DNA of 64,000 nt, taken from positions 540,844 to 604,843 of the forward strand of contig OZ251446.1 in the NCBI GenBank assembly GCA_965242495.1, written 5' to 3'. This DNA comes from Alphaproteobacteria bacterium. GTDB taxonomy: Bacteria; Pseudomonadota; Alphaproteobacteria; MPNO01. Both the position numbers and the translations under genes were made by a program. Under the pieces are notes generated by a model. It did not search any database, had not been told where the DNA came from, and saw nothing but the letters and a program-made list of their open reading frames with translations. Of the stretch, positions 17,378 through 25,565 are shown in pieces. Each line of letters opens with the position of its first letter. The stretch's first letter is position 1.

Positions 17378-17773
17378 GCATTTCTCATACTGGCAGCGGT
17401 CTGCGCCGCGTTCGGGTGACGCGATCCGCCAGGAAAAGGCCTCGCCCGCACCCGGCTCGCCGCCGCAAGCTGCGCAAGATCGGCATCCGGATCGGGATCG
17501 GCGCGCGCCGGGTCAAGATCGCCATGGCCCCCATCCCTGGAAGGACGAGTTCACCATCGCCCGCCGCCGACTATTCACCGCCGCAGCGTGAAGCGGCTCT
17601 CACGCGCGCTTCTTTCCAACAACACAGAACGGCCCCAGGACGACCCAACCGCCAACCGGCGGGCGCCGACGCGCGCCCCGAAAACGCCGCAGCCACACAA
17701 CACAAACCCAATCGCCGCCGCTCACCCGCGCCAGGACGTCAGACCCTCAGCCCTCGACAGGTATGAGAAATGC
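17378..17773. repeat. 396-bp non-coding segment bounded by 13-bp perfect inverted repeats (GCATTTCTCATAC … GTATGAGAAATGC); a MITE-like element or a structured RNA with a long closing helix
   Basis: The arms at 17378-17390 and 17761-17773 are exact reverse complements. The arms are AT-rich in a ~70% GC background. There is no credible ORF inside; the 74-aa ORF 17588..17812 is Pro/Arg-rich filler. The segment starts 3 nt after the rpsD stop. Confidence 0.5.
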
Positions 17774-17786
17774 AAATTAGGGTTTA

Positions 17787-17805
17787 CCCCCCCCCCCCCC
17801 GGGGG
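17787..17805. repeat. homopolymeric C14 G5 tract, 60 nt upstream of the NHLP-leader gene start
   Basis: cccccccccccccc at 17787-17800 is followed by ggggg at 17801-17805. Tracts of this length are slipped-strand-mispairing prone; it could also be an assembly artifact. Confidence 0.6.
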
Positions 17806-17864
17806 CGTATGACGGTCAGGTCCGCCCGCGGGCGGAGTGATCCAAGGAACGGAAGGCGAGAGAG

Positions 17865-18488
17865 ATGACGGACGAGAAGACCGACGGCGGCCGCTGGACG
17901 GAGATGGAGGAGAGCTGGCGCAGGGACCCCGGGTTCCGCTCGCGGATGGAGGCGGACCCGAGGGCGGCGCTGGCCGAGCACGGAATCGAGATTCCGAGCG
18001 GCGTCGACGTGCGCCTCGCGGTGGACAGCGAGGACACGATCCACGTGGTGGCCCCGCCCGACCCCAACCGCGCGATGTCGGACGACGATCTCGGCGTCGT
18101 CGTCGGCGGGACCGGCAGGATGACGTACGAGGAGTGGTCCGCCAGACTGGACAACCTCATACAGCGCTCCCGGAGCGGCGACTGCTTCCTGACCACGGCG
18201 GTGGCGGGGCGCCGGGGCGAGGCGGACGACGGGCCGACGCTGTCGGCGCTGCGGGGCTTCCGCGACGGCTACATGTCGGAGACGGAGGAGCGCCGGGAGA
18301 TGGTCGCGGCCTACTACGAGACGGCGCCCGCGATCGTCGCGGCGATCCCGGCCGGTCACGCCGACTGGGACTGGATCGGCGAGCGGATCGACGCCGCCGT
18401 CGCGGCGATCAGCGACGGCGACGGCGACGCGGCCTTCGACGTCTACGCCGGCATGGTCAGGCGCCTGACCAGCCGCTGGCTCGGATAG
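17865..18488 (+). CDS. nitrile-hydratase-leader-peptide (NHLP) family RiPP-type precursor; an 82-aa leader ending in Gly-Gly fused to a 125-aa C-terminal domain of unknown function
   Basis: The N-terminus EESWRRDPGFRSRMEADPRAALAEHGIEIPSGVDVRLAVDSEDTIHVVAPPDPNRAMSDDDLGVVVGG matches the NHLP leader consensus (…W.DP.FR..L.ADPKAALAEHGIEIPEGVEVRVVENTADTLHLVLPPKP….LSDEELE.VAGG) almost position for position, including the terminal double-Gly cleavage motif. The downstream region (TGRMTYEEWSARLDNLIQRSRSGDCFLTTAVAG…) has a single Cys and looks like a folded domain rather than a Cys/Ser/Thr-rich core peptide. Confidence 0.7.
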   Translation: MTDEKTDGGRWTEMEESWRRDPGFRSRMEADPRAALAEHGIEIPSGVDVRLAVDSEDTIHVVAPPDPNRAMSDDDLGVVVGGTGRMTYEEWSARLDNLIQRSRSGDCFLTTAVAGRRGEADDGPTLSALRGFRDGYMSETEERREMVAAYYETAPAIVAAIPAGHADWDWIGERIDAAVAAISDGDGDAAFDVYAGMVRRLTSRWLG

Positions 18489-18725
18489 CCGCGGCGGACC
18501 GACGATAGCCGCGCCCGCGGCGCTGCTGCTGCGGGCCGGCGGGCGCAGGGCGGCGCGACGCCCCTTGAACCGAGGTCGAACAGGGGCGCGGTCCCGACTT
18601 CCTACGCCTCGCCAGCGCCCTCTTCGCCTTCCACCCGCGTGGCGGCGTGGAACAGCGGCCGCCGGACGTCATGCTGCTCGCGGCGCTCCGATGAGCCCGG
18701 ATACCGCTTGCCGCAGAGGAAGAAC

Positions 18726-18960
18726 ATGACGGAGGCCGAACCTCTATCTCGCTTCACCGAGCGGCCCGAGGTCTTCGGCGGCAAGCCGATCATTCGCGAC
18801 ATGCGGATCGCGGTGGAGCATGTCTTGCGGGATGTTGGCGGCGGACGACGGCGCGGAGGCCATTCTCGACGAGCGCCCGGAGCTGGGCCCCGGCGGATGT
18901 TCGGGCGCGCCTGCCGTTCGCCCATCGCGCGGGCGTCGCGGCTCCGACCCGGCGGGGTAG
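18726..18960 (+). pseudogene. frameshifted DUF433-family (antitoxin-like) gene remnant
   Basis: A strong RBS (AGAGGAAG) and ATG at 18726 give [37 protein letters not shown], a good DUF433 N-half (…dPev.gGkPvIrGtRipV..iL..l…). Recovering the C-half (…[19 protein letters not shown] / [14 protein letters not shown]…) requires two frame changes. No DUF5615/PIN partner is adjacent. Confidence 0.35.
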
Positions 18961-19427
18961 GGCAGCGGCAGGGAGGTCCGGTATTTCACCTGGTTGAGGG
19001 CGAAGCTCGACTTGATGCTGGCGACGCCGGGCGCGCGGGTCAGATGGTCCTTCAGGAAGGCTTCGTAAGCCTCGACGTCGGCGACTACGACCCGTAACAG
19101 ATAGTCGGCGTCGCCGGTCATCAGATAGCACTCCATCACCTCGGGTCGTTGCAGGATCGCCCGCTCGAACGTCTCCAGAGCGCGCTCCACCTGGCGTTCC
19201 AGCGTGACCTGGACGAATACGCTGACCGGCAGCCCGACCGCGGCGGGGTCCAGCAGCGATACGTGACTCTTGATCACGCCGGCGCGTTCGAGTTCGCGCA
19301 CGCGCCGCAGACAGGGAGACGGCGACAGGCCGACATGGCGCGCAAGATCGGCGTTGGAGACGCGCGCGTTCTCCTGGAGCAGGTCGAGAATCCGACAATC
19401 GATTCCATCAAGCGGCGTTTTCGGCAT
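18744..19427 (-). CDS. Lrp/AsnC-family transcriptional regulator (with a ~70-aa low-complexity C-terminal extension, or a lost stop)
   Basis: The N-terminal 155 aa are a canonical Lrp helix-turn-helix plus RAM domain ([56 protein letters not shown]…[15 protein letters not shown]). The ORF continues Pro/Ser/Arg-rich to 18744, overlapping the DUF433 remnant on the other strand. Confidence 0.8.
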   Translation of the reverse strand: MPKTPLDGIDCRILDLLQENARVSNADLARHVGLSPSPCLRRVRELERAGVIKSHVSLLDPAAVGLPVSVFVQVTLERQVERALETFERAILQRPEVMECYLMTGDADYLLRVVVADVEAYEAFLKDHLTRAPGVASIKSSFALNQVKYRTSLPLPYPAGSEPRRPRDGRTAGAPEHPPGPSSGRSSRMASAPSSAANIPQDMLHRDPHVANDRLAAEDLGPLGEAR

Positions 19428-19521
19428 GTTTCTCTTCTTTGGAACGTATTTCAGGCATGATATAGCGTATTTGGATCAATCGGCAAGCAGTTTCGCAAGA
19501 TACGTTTCGTCGCGATCCGCT

Positions 19522-21906
19522 ATGCTCGCGGTCGTTTCGTCGGCGAGAGGGTCGTTCGCGATGCCGCAAGCCTCGATGGCGATGCTGCGCGCCCTGGAGC
19601 GCAAGATCCTCTGGCTGTCGAGCTGGACGATACATCACGCCAACCACGTCCGCCCCAGCCGCGACGGGCTGAAGGTCGGCGGGCATCAGGCGTCGAGCGC
19701 TTCGCTGGTCCAGATCATGACCGCGCTCTATTTCGACGCTTTGCGGCCCGAAGACCGGGTGGCGGTCAAGCCTCACGCCGCGCCGGTATTCCACGCCATC
19801 CAGTATCTGCTCGGCCGGCAGACGCGCGACAAGCTGGAGCGCTTCCGCGCTTTCGACGGGGCGCAGTCCTATCCGTCGCGGACGAAGGATACCGACGACG
19901 TCGATTTCTCCACCGGCTCGGTCGGGTTGGGCGCCGCCCATACCATCTTCTCGGCCCTGGTCCGGGACTACGTCCGACTGCGGGGGTTGGGGCCCGGCGA
20001 GGCGGCGCCCGGCCGCATGATCGCCCTGGTGGGCGATGCCGAACTGGACGAGGGCAACATGTTCGAGGCGTTGCTGGAAGGGTGGAAGAAGGAGGTGCGC
20101 GACGTCTGGTGGGTGATCGATTACAACCGCCAGAGCCTCGATTCGGTGATCGCCGACCGCCTGTTCGGACGCATCGACGAGCTGTTCCGCTCGGTCGGCT
20201 GGCGCGTCGAGACGATGAAGTACGGCAAACGGTTGCAGGCGGCCTTCGAACGCCCCGGCGGCGGCGCGCTTCGCCGCTGGATCGACGACTGCCCCAATTC
20301 GCTCTACGCCGCCTTGACCTATAAGGGCGGAGCCGCTTGGCGCGAGCATCTGGCCCGCGATCTGGGCGCCGCCGCGGGCATCGGGGCGCTGCTCGACGAG
20401 CATGACGACGACGGTCTGCACGCGCTGATGACGAACCTCGCCGGCAACGACCTCGACTCCGCGGTCGAAGCCTTCCGGGGCATGGACGACGACACGCCGA
20501 CCTGCTTCATCGCCTACACGATCAAGGGCTACGGGCTGCCGTTCGCAGGCCACAAGGACAACCACGCCGGGCTGATGAACCCGGAGCAGATGCGCGCCTT
20601 CCGGGCGGAGATGAAGATCGCGGAGGGCGAAGAGTGGGCGCCGTTCGCCGGGTTGGACGCGCCCGCCGACGAGCTCCGTCGGTTCCTGGACGGGATCCCG
20701 TTCGCGGCGCGCGACCCGCGTCGGGCCGAGGCGCCGCGCGTCGCCGTGCCCGCCCGGCTGGAGACCGGGCCGCGCCAGACCCGCCAATCGACCCAGGAAG
20801 GTTTCGGACGCATTCTCAACGAGATCGCGCGCGCCGGCGGCGAGCTGGCGGAGCGGATCGTCACCACCTCGCCCGACGTGACCGTCTCGACCAATCTGGG
20901 TCCCTGGGTCAACCGGCGAGGTCTGTTCCATCGCACGGAATCGGCCGACATATTCGCCTCCGAGCAAGTCGCCTCGGCGCAGAAATGGGCGATGTCGCCG
21001 GCCGGCCAACATATCGAGCTCGGCATCGCCGAACACAACCTGTTCCTGATGCTCTCGGCGCTCGGCCTCTCGGGATCGCTGTTCGGCGCCCGGCTGCTGC
21101 CGGTCGGGACGCTCTACGACCCTTTCATCCGGCGCGGGCTGGATGCGTTACACCATGCCTGCTACCAGGACGCCCGCTTCATGCTGGTGGCGACGCCTTC
21201 GGGCGTGACGCTGGCGCCCGAAGGCGGCGCGCACCAATCCCAGGAGACGCCGCTGATCACCCTCGCCCAGCCCGGCCTCGCCGCCTTCGAGCCGGCCTAC
21301 GTGGACGAGCTCGCCGTGGTGATGCGATGGGGCTTCGTCCATATGCAGACCGACGACGGCGGCTCGGTCTGCCTGCGACTCTCGACCCGCGCGATCGACC
21401 AGCCGGCGCGCGCGCTGGAGGCGGCGGAAGCCGACGACGTGATCGCCGGCGGCTATTGGCTGGCGCCGCCGGAACCGGGGACGGGGCTCGCCATCGGCTA
21501 TGCGGGCGCGGTGGCGCCCGAGGCGATCGCCGCGCATGCGCAGCTGCTCGAAGACATCCCGGGGGCGGGGTTGCTTGCGATTACCTCGCCCGACCGGCTG
21601 CACGCCGAATGGATGACCGCGCGCCGGACGCGCATGTCCGGCGCGGCGGGCGGAAGCGCCCATATCGAACGGCTGCTGGCGCCGCTCGCCCGGACCGCGG
21701 CGCTGGTGACCGTCATCGACGGCCATCCGGGCGCGCTGTCCTGGCTCGGCTCGGTCGCAGGTCATCGTATCTATCCGCTGGGCGTCGACCGATTCGGTCA
21801 ATCGGGCGACATTCCCGATCTCTATCGCGCCTACGGCATCGACTGCGCGGCGATCCTGGACGGGGCCGCGCGCGCTTGTCTGCGCCAAGCCGGGCGCGTC
21901 GGGTGA
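19522..21906 (+). CDS. homodimeric (AceE-type) 2-oxoacid/pyruvate dehydrogenase E1 component; no E2 or E3 adjacent
   Basis: ~795-878 aa depending on the start; the ATG at 19522 is chosen to avoid overlapping the divergent lrp. AceE-like N-terminal signature …LERKILWLSSWTIHHANHVRPSRDGLKVGGHQASSASLVQ…, with a TPP-binding GDAELDEGN region and transketolase-like C-terminal domains. Confidence 0.7.
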   Translation: MLAVVSSARGSFAMPQASMAMLRALERKILWLSSWTIHHANHVRPSRDGLKVGGHQASSASLVQIMTALYFDALRPEDRVAVKPHAAPVFHAIQYLLGRQTRDKLERFRAFDGAQSYPSRTKDTDDVDFSTGSVGLGAAHTIFSALVRDYVRLRGLGPGEAAPGRMIALVGDAELDEGNMFEALLEGWKKEVRDVWWVIDYNRQSLDSVIADRLFGRIDELFRSVGWRVETMKYGKRLQAAFERPGGGALRRWIDDCPNSLYAALTYKGGAAWREHLARDLGAAAGIGALLDEHDDDGLHALMTNLAGNDLDSAVEAFRGMDDDTPTCFIAYTIKGYGLPFAGHKDNHAGLMNPEQMRAFRAEMKIAEGEEWAPFAGLDAPADELRRFLDGIPFAARDPRRAEAPRVAVPARLETGPRQTRQSTQEGFGRILNEIARAGGELAERIVTTSPDVTVSTNLGPWVNRRGLFHRTESADIFASEQVASAQKWAMSPAGQHIELGIAEHNLFLMLSALGLSGSLFGARLLPVGTLYDPFIRRGLDALHHACYQDARFMLVATPSGVTLAPEGGAHQSQETPLITLAQPGLAAFEPAYVDELAVVMRWGFVHMQTDDGGSVCLRLSTRAIDQPARALEAAEADDVIAGGYWLAPPEPGTGLAIGYAGAVAPEAIAAHAQLLEDIPGAGLLAITSPDRLHAEWMTARRTRMSGAAGGSAHIERLLAPLARTAALVTVIDGHPGALSWLGSVAGHRIYPLGVDRFGQSGDIPDLYRAYGIDCAAILDGAARACLRQAGRVG

Positions 21907-22000
21907 AGCGTTTGCCGCCCGCCGCCGCATTATATAGTTGCCACGGGAGCGGCTCTGCTATAGATGGCCGCGGCGCGCGGTCGGCGCCCCCGAGCGACGC

Positions 22001-22084
22001 GCGGGCGTGGTGGAATGGGAGACACGCCAGATTTAGGATCTGGTGGCGCAAGCCGTGGGGGTTCAAGTCCCTCCGCCCGCACCA
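22001..22084 (+). tRNA. tRNA-Leu (anticodon UAG)
   Basis: A 7-bp acceptor stem (GCGGGCG/CGCCCGC) and anticodon stem CCAGA/UCUGG with loop UUUAGGA, anticodon UAG. There is a long variable arm, a T-arm GGGGGUUCAAGUCCCUC, and an encoded CCA at 22082-22084. Confidence 0.85.
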
Positions 22085-22117
22085 CACCGCACGGCGCACC
22101 ACGAGTCCGGGATTTCG

Positions 22118-23464
22118 ATGCAAGTAACCGAGACCAGTTCAGAAGGCCTCAAGCGCGAGTTCACGATCGTCGTGCCGGCGGCCGACCTCGAAACCGAGAT
22201 GCAGGGGCGGCTTGCCGAACTCGCCAGATCGGCGCGCATCCCGGGGTTTCGGCCGGGCAAGGCGCCCGTGGACCTGCTGCGCAAGCGCTACGGCGATTCG
22301 GTGCGGGGCGAGGTCCTGGAAAAAACCATCCAGGAGACGACCGCCAACGCCATCAGCGAGAACGGCATCCGGCCGGCGATGCAGCCCCGCATCGAGATCG
22401 TCGGCTTCGCCGAGGGCGCCGACCTGGAATACAAGCTCGCCCTCGAACTGGCGCCCGACATCGAGCCTGTCGATTTTTCCCGGCTCGAACTGGAGCGTCA
22501 GGTCGTCGAAGTCGACGCCGGGGAGGTCGAGGCTGCGCTCGGCCGGTTCGCCGAAGCGCGTAAGTCCTACGAGCCGCCGGCCGAAGTCCGGCCCGCGCAG
22601 TCGGGCGACCGGGCCACGATCCGCTTCGTCGGCCGCATCGACGACGAGGAATTCGAAGGCGGTTCGGCGGACGACTTCGTCCTCGACCTGGGATCGGACC
22701 GGTTCGTTCCGGGCTTCGAGGAAAAGCTGATCGGCGTAAAACCCGGCGATTCGGTCGAGTTCGAGATCGATTTTCCCGACGACTACCCGCAGGAGACGCT
22801 GAAGGGCAGGACTGCCGTCTTCGCCGTCGATCTCAAGGAGCTGCGGGAGCCGCGGCCCGCGGTCGTCGGCGACGAGTTGGCCAAGTCGATGGGTTTCGAC
22901 GACGAGAGCGCGCTGCGCGGCGCGTTCCGCGAGCAGGTCGAAGGCGAATATGCCGAGCTTTCCCGTTCCCGACTCAAGCGAACGCTGCTGGACCGGCTCT
23001 CGGACGCGCACGACTTCCCGGTGCCGGAGGGGTTGGTCGCGCAGGAATTCGAGGCGATCTGGGAGCGGCTCAAGGAGGCGAAAGAGGGGGACCGGCTCGA
23101 TGAGGACGACAAGGGTCGGAGCGACGAGGAGCTCGAAGCGCGCTACCGCAAGATCGCCGAGCGGCGGGTGCGGCTCGGGCTGCTGATCGCCGAGGTCGGA
23201 CGGGTGAACGACATCTCCGTCAGCGGCGACGACACCGACCGGGCCCTCGCCGACCGGGCGCGCTGGTTTCCGGGGCAGGAAGGGCGGATCGCCGACTATT
23301 TCAACAAGAATCCCGAAGCGCTGCGCGAGCTGCAGGCCCCGATCTTCGAGGACAAGGTCGTCGATTTCATCCTCGCCATGGCGCAGGTGACCGATCGTAT
23401 CGTCCCGGCCCACGAGCTGCGCGACTCCGAGGCCGCCGAGGCCGGACCCGCGGGAGAAGGCTGA
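22118..23464 (+). CDS. tig: trigger factor
   Basis: [50 protein letters not shown]…; the ATG lies 75 nt into track ORF 22043..23464. Confidence 0.95.
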   Translation: MQVTETSSEGLKREFTIVVPAADLETEMQGRLAELARSARIPGFRPGKAPVDLLRKRYGDSVRGEVLEKTIQETTANAISENGIRPAMQPRIEIVGFAEGADLEYKLALELAPDIEPVDFSRLELERQVVEVDAGEVEAALGRFAEARKSYEPPAEVRPAQSGDRATIRFVGRIDDEEFEGGSADDFVLDLGSDRFVPGFEEKLIGVKPGDSVEFEIDFPDDYPQETLKGRTAVFAVDLKELREPRPAVVGDELAKSMGFDDESALRGAFREQVEGEYAELSRSRLKRTLLDRLSDAHDFPVPEGLVAQEFEAIWERLKEAKEGDRLDEDDKGRSDEELEARYRKIAERRVRLGLLIAEVGRVNDISVSGDDTDRALADRARWFPGQEGRIADYFNKNPEALRELQAPIFEDKVVDFILAMAQVTDRIVPAHELRDSEAAEAGPAGEG

Positions 23465-23510
23465 CCGCCGCCGGGCGGCGCGGCGACGCAACAACGAGGT
23501 TCCCGAACCG

Positions 23511-24158
23511 ATGACGGACCCGATCGACAACTACATGAATCTCGTGCCGATGGTCGTCGAGCAGACCAACCGCGGCGAGCGCGCCTATGACATCTATTCG
23601 CGAATGCTCAAGGAGCGGATCGTCTTCCTGACCGGGCCGGTCAACGACGTGGTCTCCAGCCTGGTCTGTGCGCAGCTGCTCTATCTCGAATCGGAGAACC
23701 CGACCAAGGACATCGCTCTTTACATCAACTCTCCCGGCGGGCTGGTGAACGCGGGGCTCGCGATCTACGACACCATGCAATACATCCGCTCCGACATTTC
23801 GCCGGTATGCATCGGTCAAGCCGCGTCGATGGGCTCGCTTCTGCTGGCCGCGGGCGCCAAAGGCAAACGTTTCTCTCTGCCGCATTCGCGGATCATGCTG
23901 CATCAGCCCTCGGGCGGGTTCCAGGGCCAAGCGACCGATATCGAGATTCATGCGCGCGAGATTCTCGACCTGCGCGCTCGTCTCAACCGGATCTACGTCG
24001 CCCATACCGGCCAGGATATCCAGGTCATCGAGGACGCCCTGGATCGCGACAAGTTCATGTCGCCGGAGGAGGCGCGCGAGTTCGGGCTGATCGACGACGT
24101 GGTGACGCAGCGGCCGGCGCCGGACGAGGCCGGCGGCAAGCGGGGCAAAGGGGGCTGA
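23511..24158 (+). CDS. clpP: ATP-dependent Clp protease proteolytic subunit
   Basis: 215 aa: …[43 protein letters not shown]…[28 protein letters not shown]…, containing the Ser-His-Asp catalytic triad context. Confidence 0.95.
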   Translation: MTDPIDNYMNLVPMVVEQTNRGERAYDIYSRMLKERIVFLTGPVNDVVSSLVCAQLLYLESENPTKDIALYINSPGGLVNAGLAIYDTMQYIRSDISPVCIGQAASMGSLLLAAGAKGKRFSLPHSRIMLHQPSGGFQGQATDIEIHAREILDLRARLNRIYVAHTGQDIQVIEDALDRDKFMSPEEAREFGLIDDVVTQRPAPDEAGGKRGKGG

Positions 24159-24239
24159 TCGAAGGATGCGCCGCGGCGGCCGGCGCCGTTACCTGCTTGC
24201 CGCCCGCCGATCGACGACGAAGAGGACAGGGGACATCGG

Positions 24240-25049
24240 ATGGATCTGCAACTGACCGGCAAGATCGCTCTCGTGACCGGCGGCAGCAAGGGAATCGGCA
24301 AGGCGATCGCCCGTGTCCTGGCGCAGGAAGGCTGCGACGTCGCGATCTGCGCGCGCGGGCTGGACGACCTCGAAAGCGCCGCCGCCGACATATCGCGCGA
24401 AACCGGGCGCAAGGTATCGCCGATCGCCGCCGATCTGACCCGACCCGACGACGCAGCGGCCTTCGTCGCCGAGGCGGCGGAGCGGTTCGGCCGCATCGAC
24501 GTCCTGGTGAACAATGCCGGCGCTGCGCCCGGCGGCGTGCTCGAATATCTGAGCGAGGACGACTGGGCCGCGGCCTTGCAGCTCAAATTCATGGGTTACG
24601 TGCGCTGCATCAAGGCGGTCCTGCCGCATATGCAGCGCCAAGGCGGCGGGCGCGTCGTCAACCTGATCGGCAATGACGGGGTCAAACACTCCTATTGGGA
24701 GGTGGCTCCCGGCGCGGCCAACGCCGCCGGCCAGAATCTCACCATGGCCCTCGCCAGCGGGTACGGTCGCCAGAACATCACCTTCGTCGCCGTCAACCCC
24801 GGCCCGGTGCGCACCGAACGTTGGGACGGGTTGGTCCGAGCGATGTCGCGCGACATGAAAATCCCCTACGAAGAAGCGGACCAGCTGGCGCCGCGCAGCA
24901 TCCCGCTGGGGAGGATCGCGGAGTCGGAAGAGGTCGCCAATCTGGTAGCCTATCTCGCATCGCCCCTGGCCCATTTCGTCAACGGCGCCATGATCGAAAT
25001 CGACGGCGGCCAACAAAAACCGCTGATGGACGCGGCCCGCGACGGATAG
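24240..25049 (+). CDS. short-chain dehydrogenase/reductase (SDR) family oxidoreductase
   Basis: A TGGSKGIGKAIA Rossmann motif, NNAG, and the Y-x3-K catalytic motif. Confidence 0.85.
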   Translation: MDLQLTGKIALVTGGSKGIGKAIARVLAQEGCDVAICARGLDDLESAAADISRETGRKVSPIAADLTRPDDAAAFVAEAAERFGRIDVLVNNAGAAPGGVLEYLSEDDWAAALQLKFMGYVRCIKAVLPHMQRQGGGRVVNLIGNDGVKHSYWEVAPGAANAAGQNLTMALASGYGRQNITFVAVNPGPVRTERWDGLVRAMSRDMKIPYEEADQLAPRSIPLGRIAESEEVANLVAYLASPLAHFVNGAMIEIDGGQQKPLMDAARDG

Positions 25050-25060
25050 CCGGCGCCCGC

Positions 25061-25115
25061 TTGACACCGGCGGCGGAAGCCCTATCTTGTAAACAGCACT
25101 GGATTGGTACTGTTT
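25061..25115 (+). promoter_or_regulatory. candidate sigma-70 promoter (TTGACA-16nt-TATCTT) with an overlapping 25-bp imperfect palindrome (AAACAGCAC-N7-GTACTGTTT), a likely Rrf2 operator for the suf operon
   Basis: -35 at 25061-25066 and -10 at 25083-25088. The palindrome at 25091-25115 sits at or downstream of the start site. It is followed by GGAG and the GTG of the Rrf2 gene. Confidence 0.5.
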
Positions 25116-25132
25116 TCGGCGCGGAGATCGGC

Positions 25133-25549
25133 GTGATCAAGCTCAGCCGGATGGCGGATTACGGCGTCGTATTGATGGCCGAGCTCGCTCGCGAGCCGCG
25201 CGGGGTTCGCACTGCCCCGGAACTGGCGGAGGCGAGCGGCCTGCCGGCGCCGACGGTCAGCAAGCTGCTCAAGCGGCTGGCGCGGGAGGCGCTCCTCGAC
25301 TCGCAGCGAGGCATCAACGGCGGTTACCGGCTGGCTCGCTCGGCCGGCAACATTTCGATGGCCGAGATCATCGGCGCGCTGGACGGCCCGATCGCCCTCA
25401 CCGACTGCGTGGCGGCGAACGGCGCCATCTGCGAGATCGAGGCGCTGTGCCCGACCAGCACCAACTGGCGGCGCATCAACGAAGCTCTGATCCGCGCGCT
25501 CTCGGACGTTTCGCTGGCCGAAATGACGGCGCCGGCGAACGCGGAGTAG
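25133..25549 (+). CDS. Rrf2-family (IscR/SufR-like) Fe-S cluster-binding transcriptional regulator
   Basis: GTG start: [19 protein letters not shown]… with a winged helix-turn-helix, and a three-Cys cluster-ligand region …[19 protein letters not shown]…. Confidence 0.8.
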   Translation: MIKLSRMADYGVVLMAELAREPRGVRTAPELAEASGLPAPTVSKLLKRLAREALLDSQRGINGGYRLARSAGNISMAEIIGALDGPIALTDCVAANGAICEIEALCPTSTNWRRINEALIRALSDVSLAEMTAPANAE

Positions 25550-25565
25550 AGGAGGGGGGCGGGCG

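Noticed and set aside
17588-17812. A 74-aa ORF inside the inverted-repeat-bounded segment (MKRLSRALLSNNTERPQDDPTANRRAPTRAP…).
   Set aside because: It has no RBS, is Pro/Arg/Ala-rich, and runs through the poly-C tract. It is judged non-coding.
17784-18508. Overlapping ORFs antisense to, or in an alternate frame of, the NHLP gene (17784..18359 -, 17816..18196 -, 17837..18508 +).
   Set aside because: Only the 17865..18488 frame gives the NHLP leader match. The others are low-complexity.
18557-18590. A GC-rich inverted repeat (CGCCCC…GGGGCG) about 70 nt downstream of the NHLP gene stop.
   Set aside because: It may be a terminator, but the stem is short, the loop is 18 nt, and no T-run follows. 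The call would be low-confidence.
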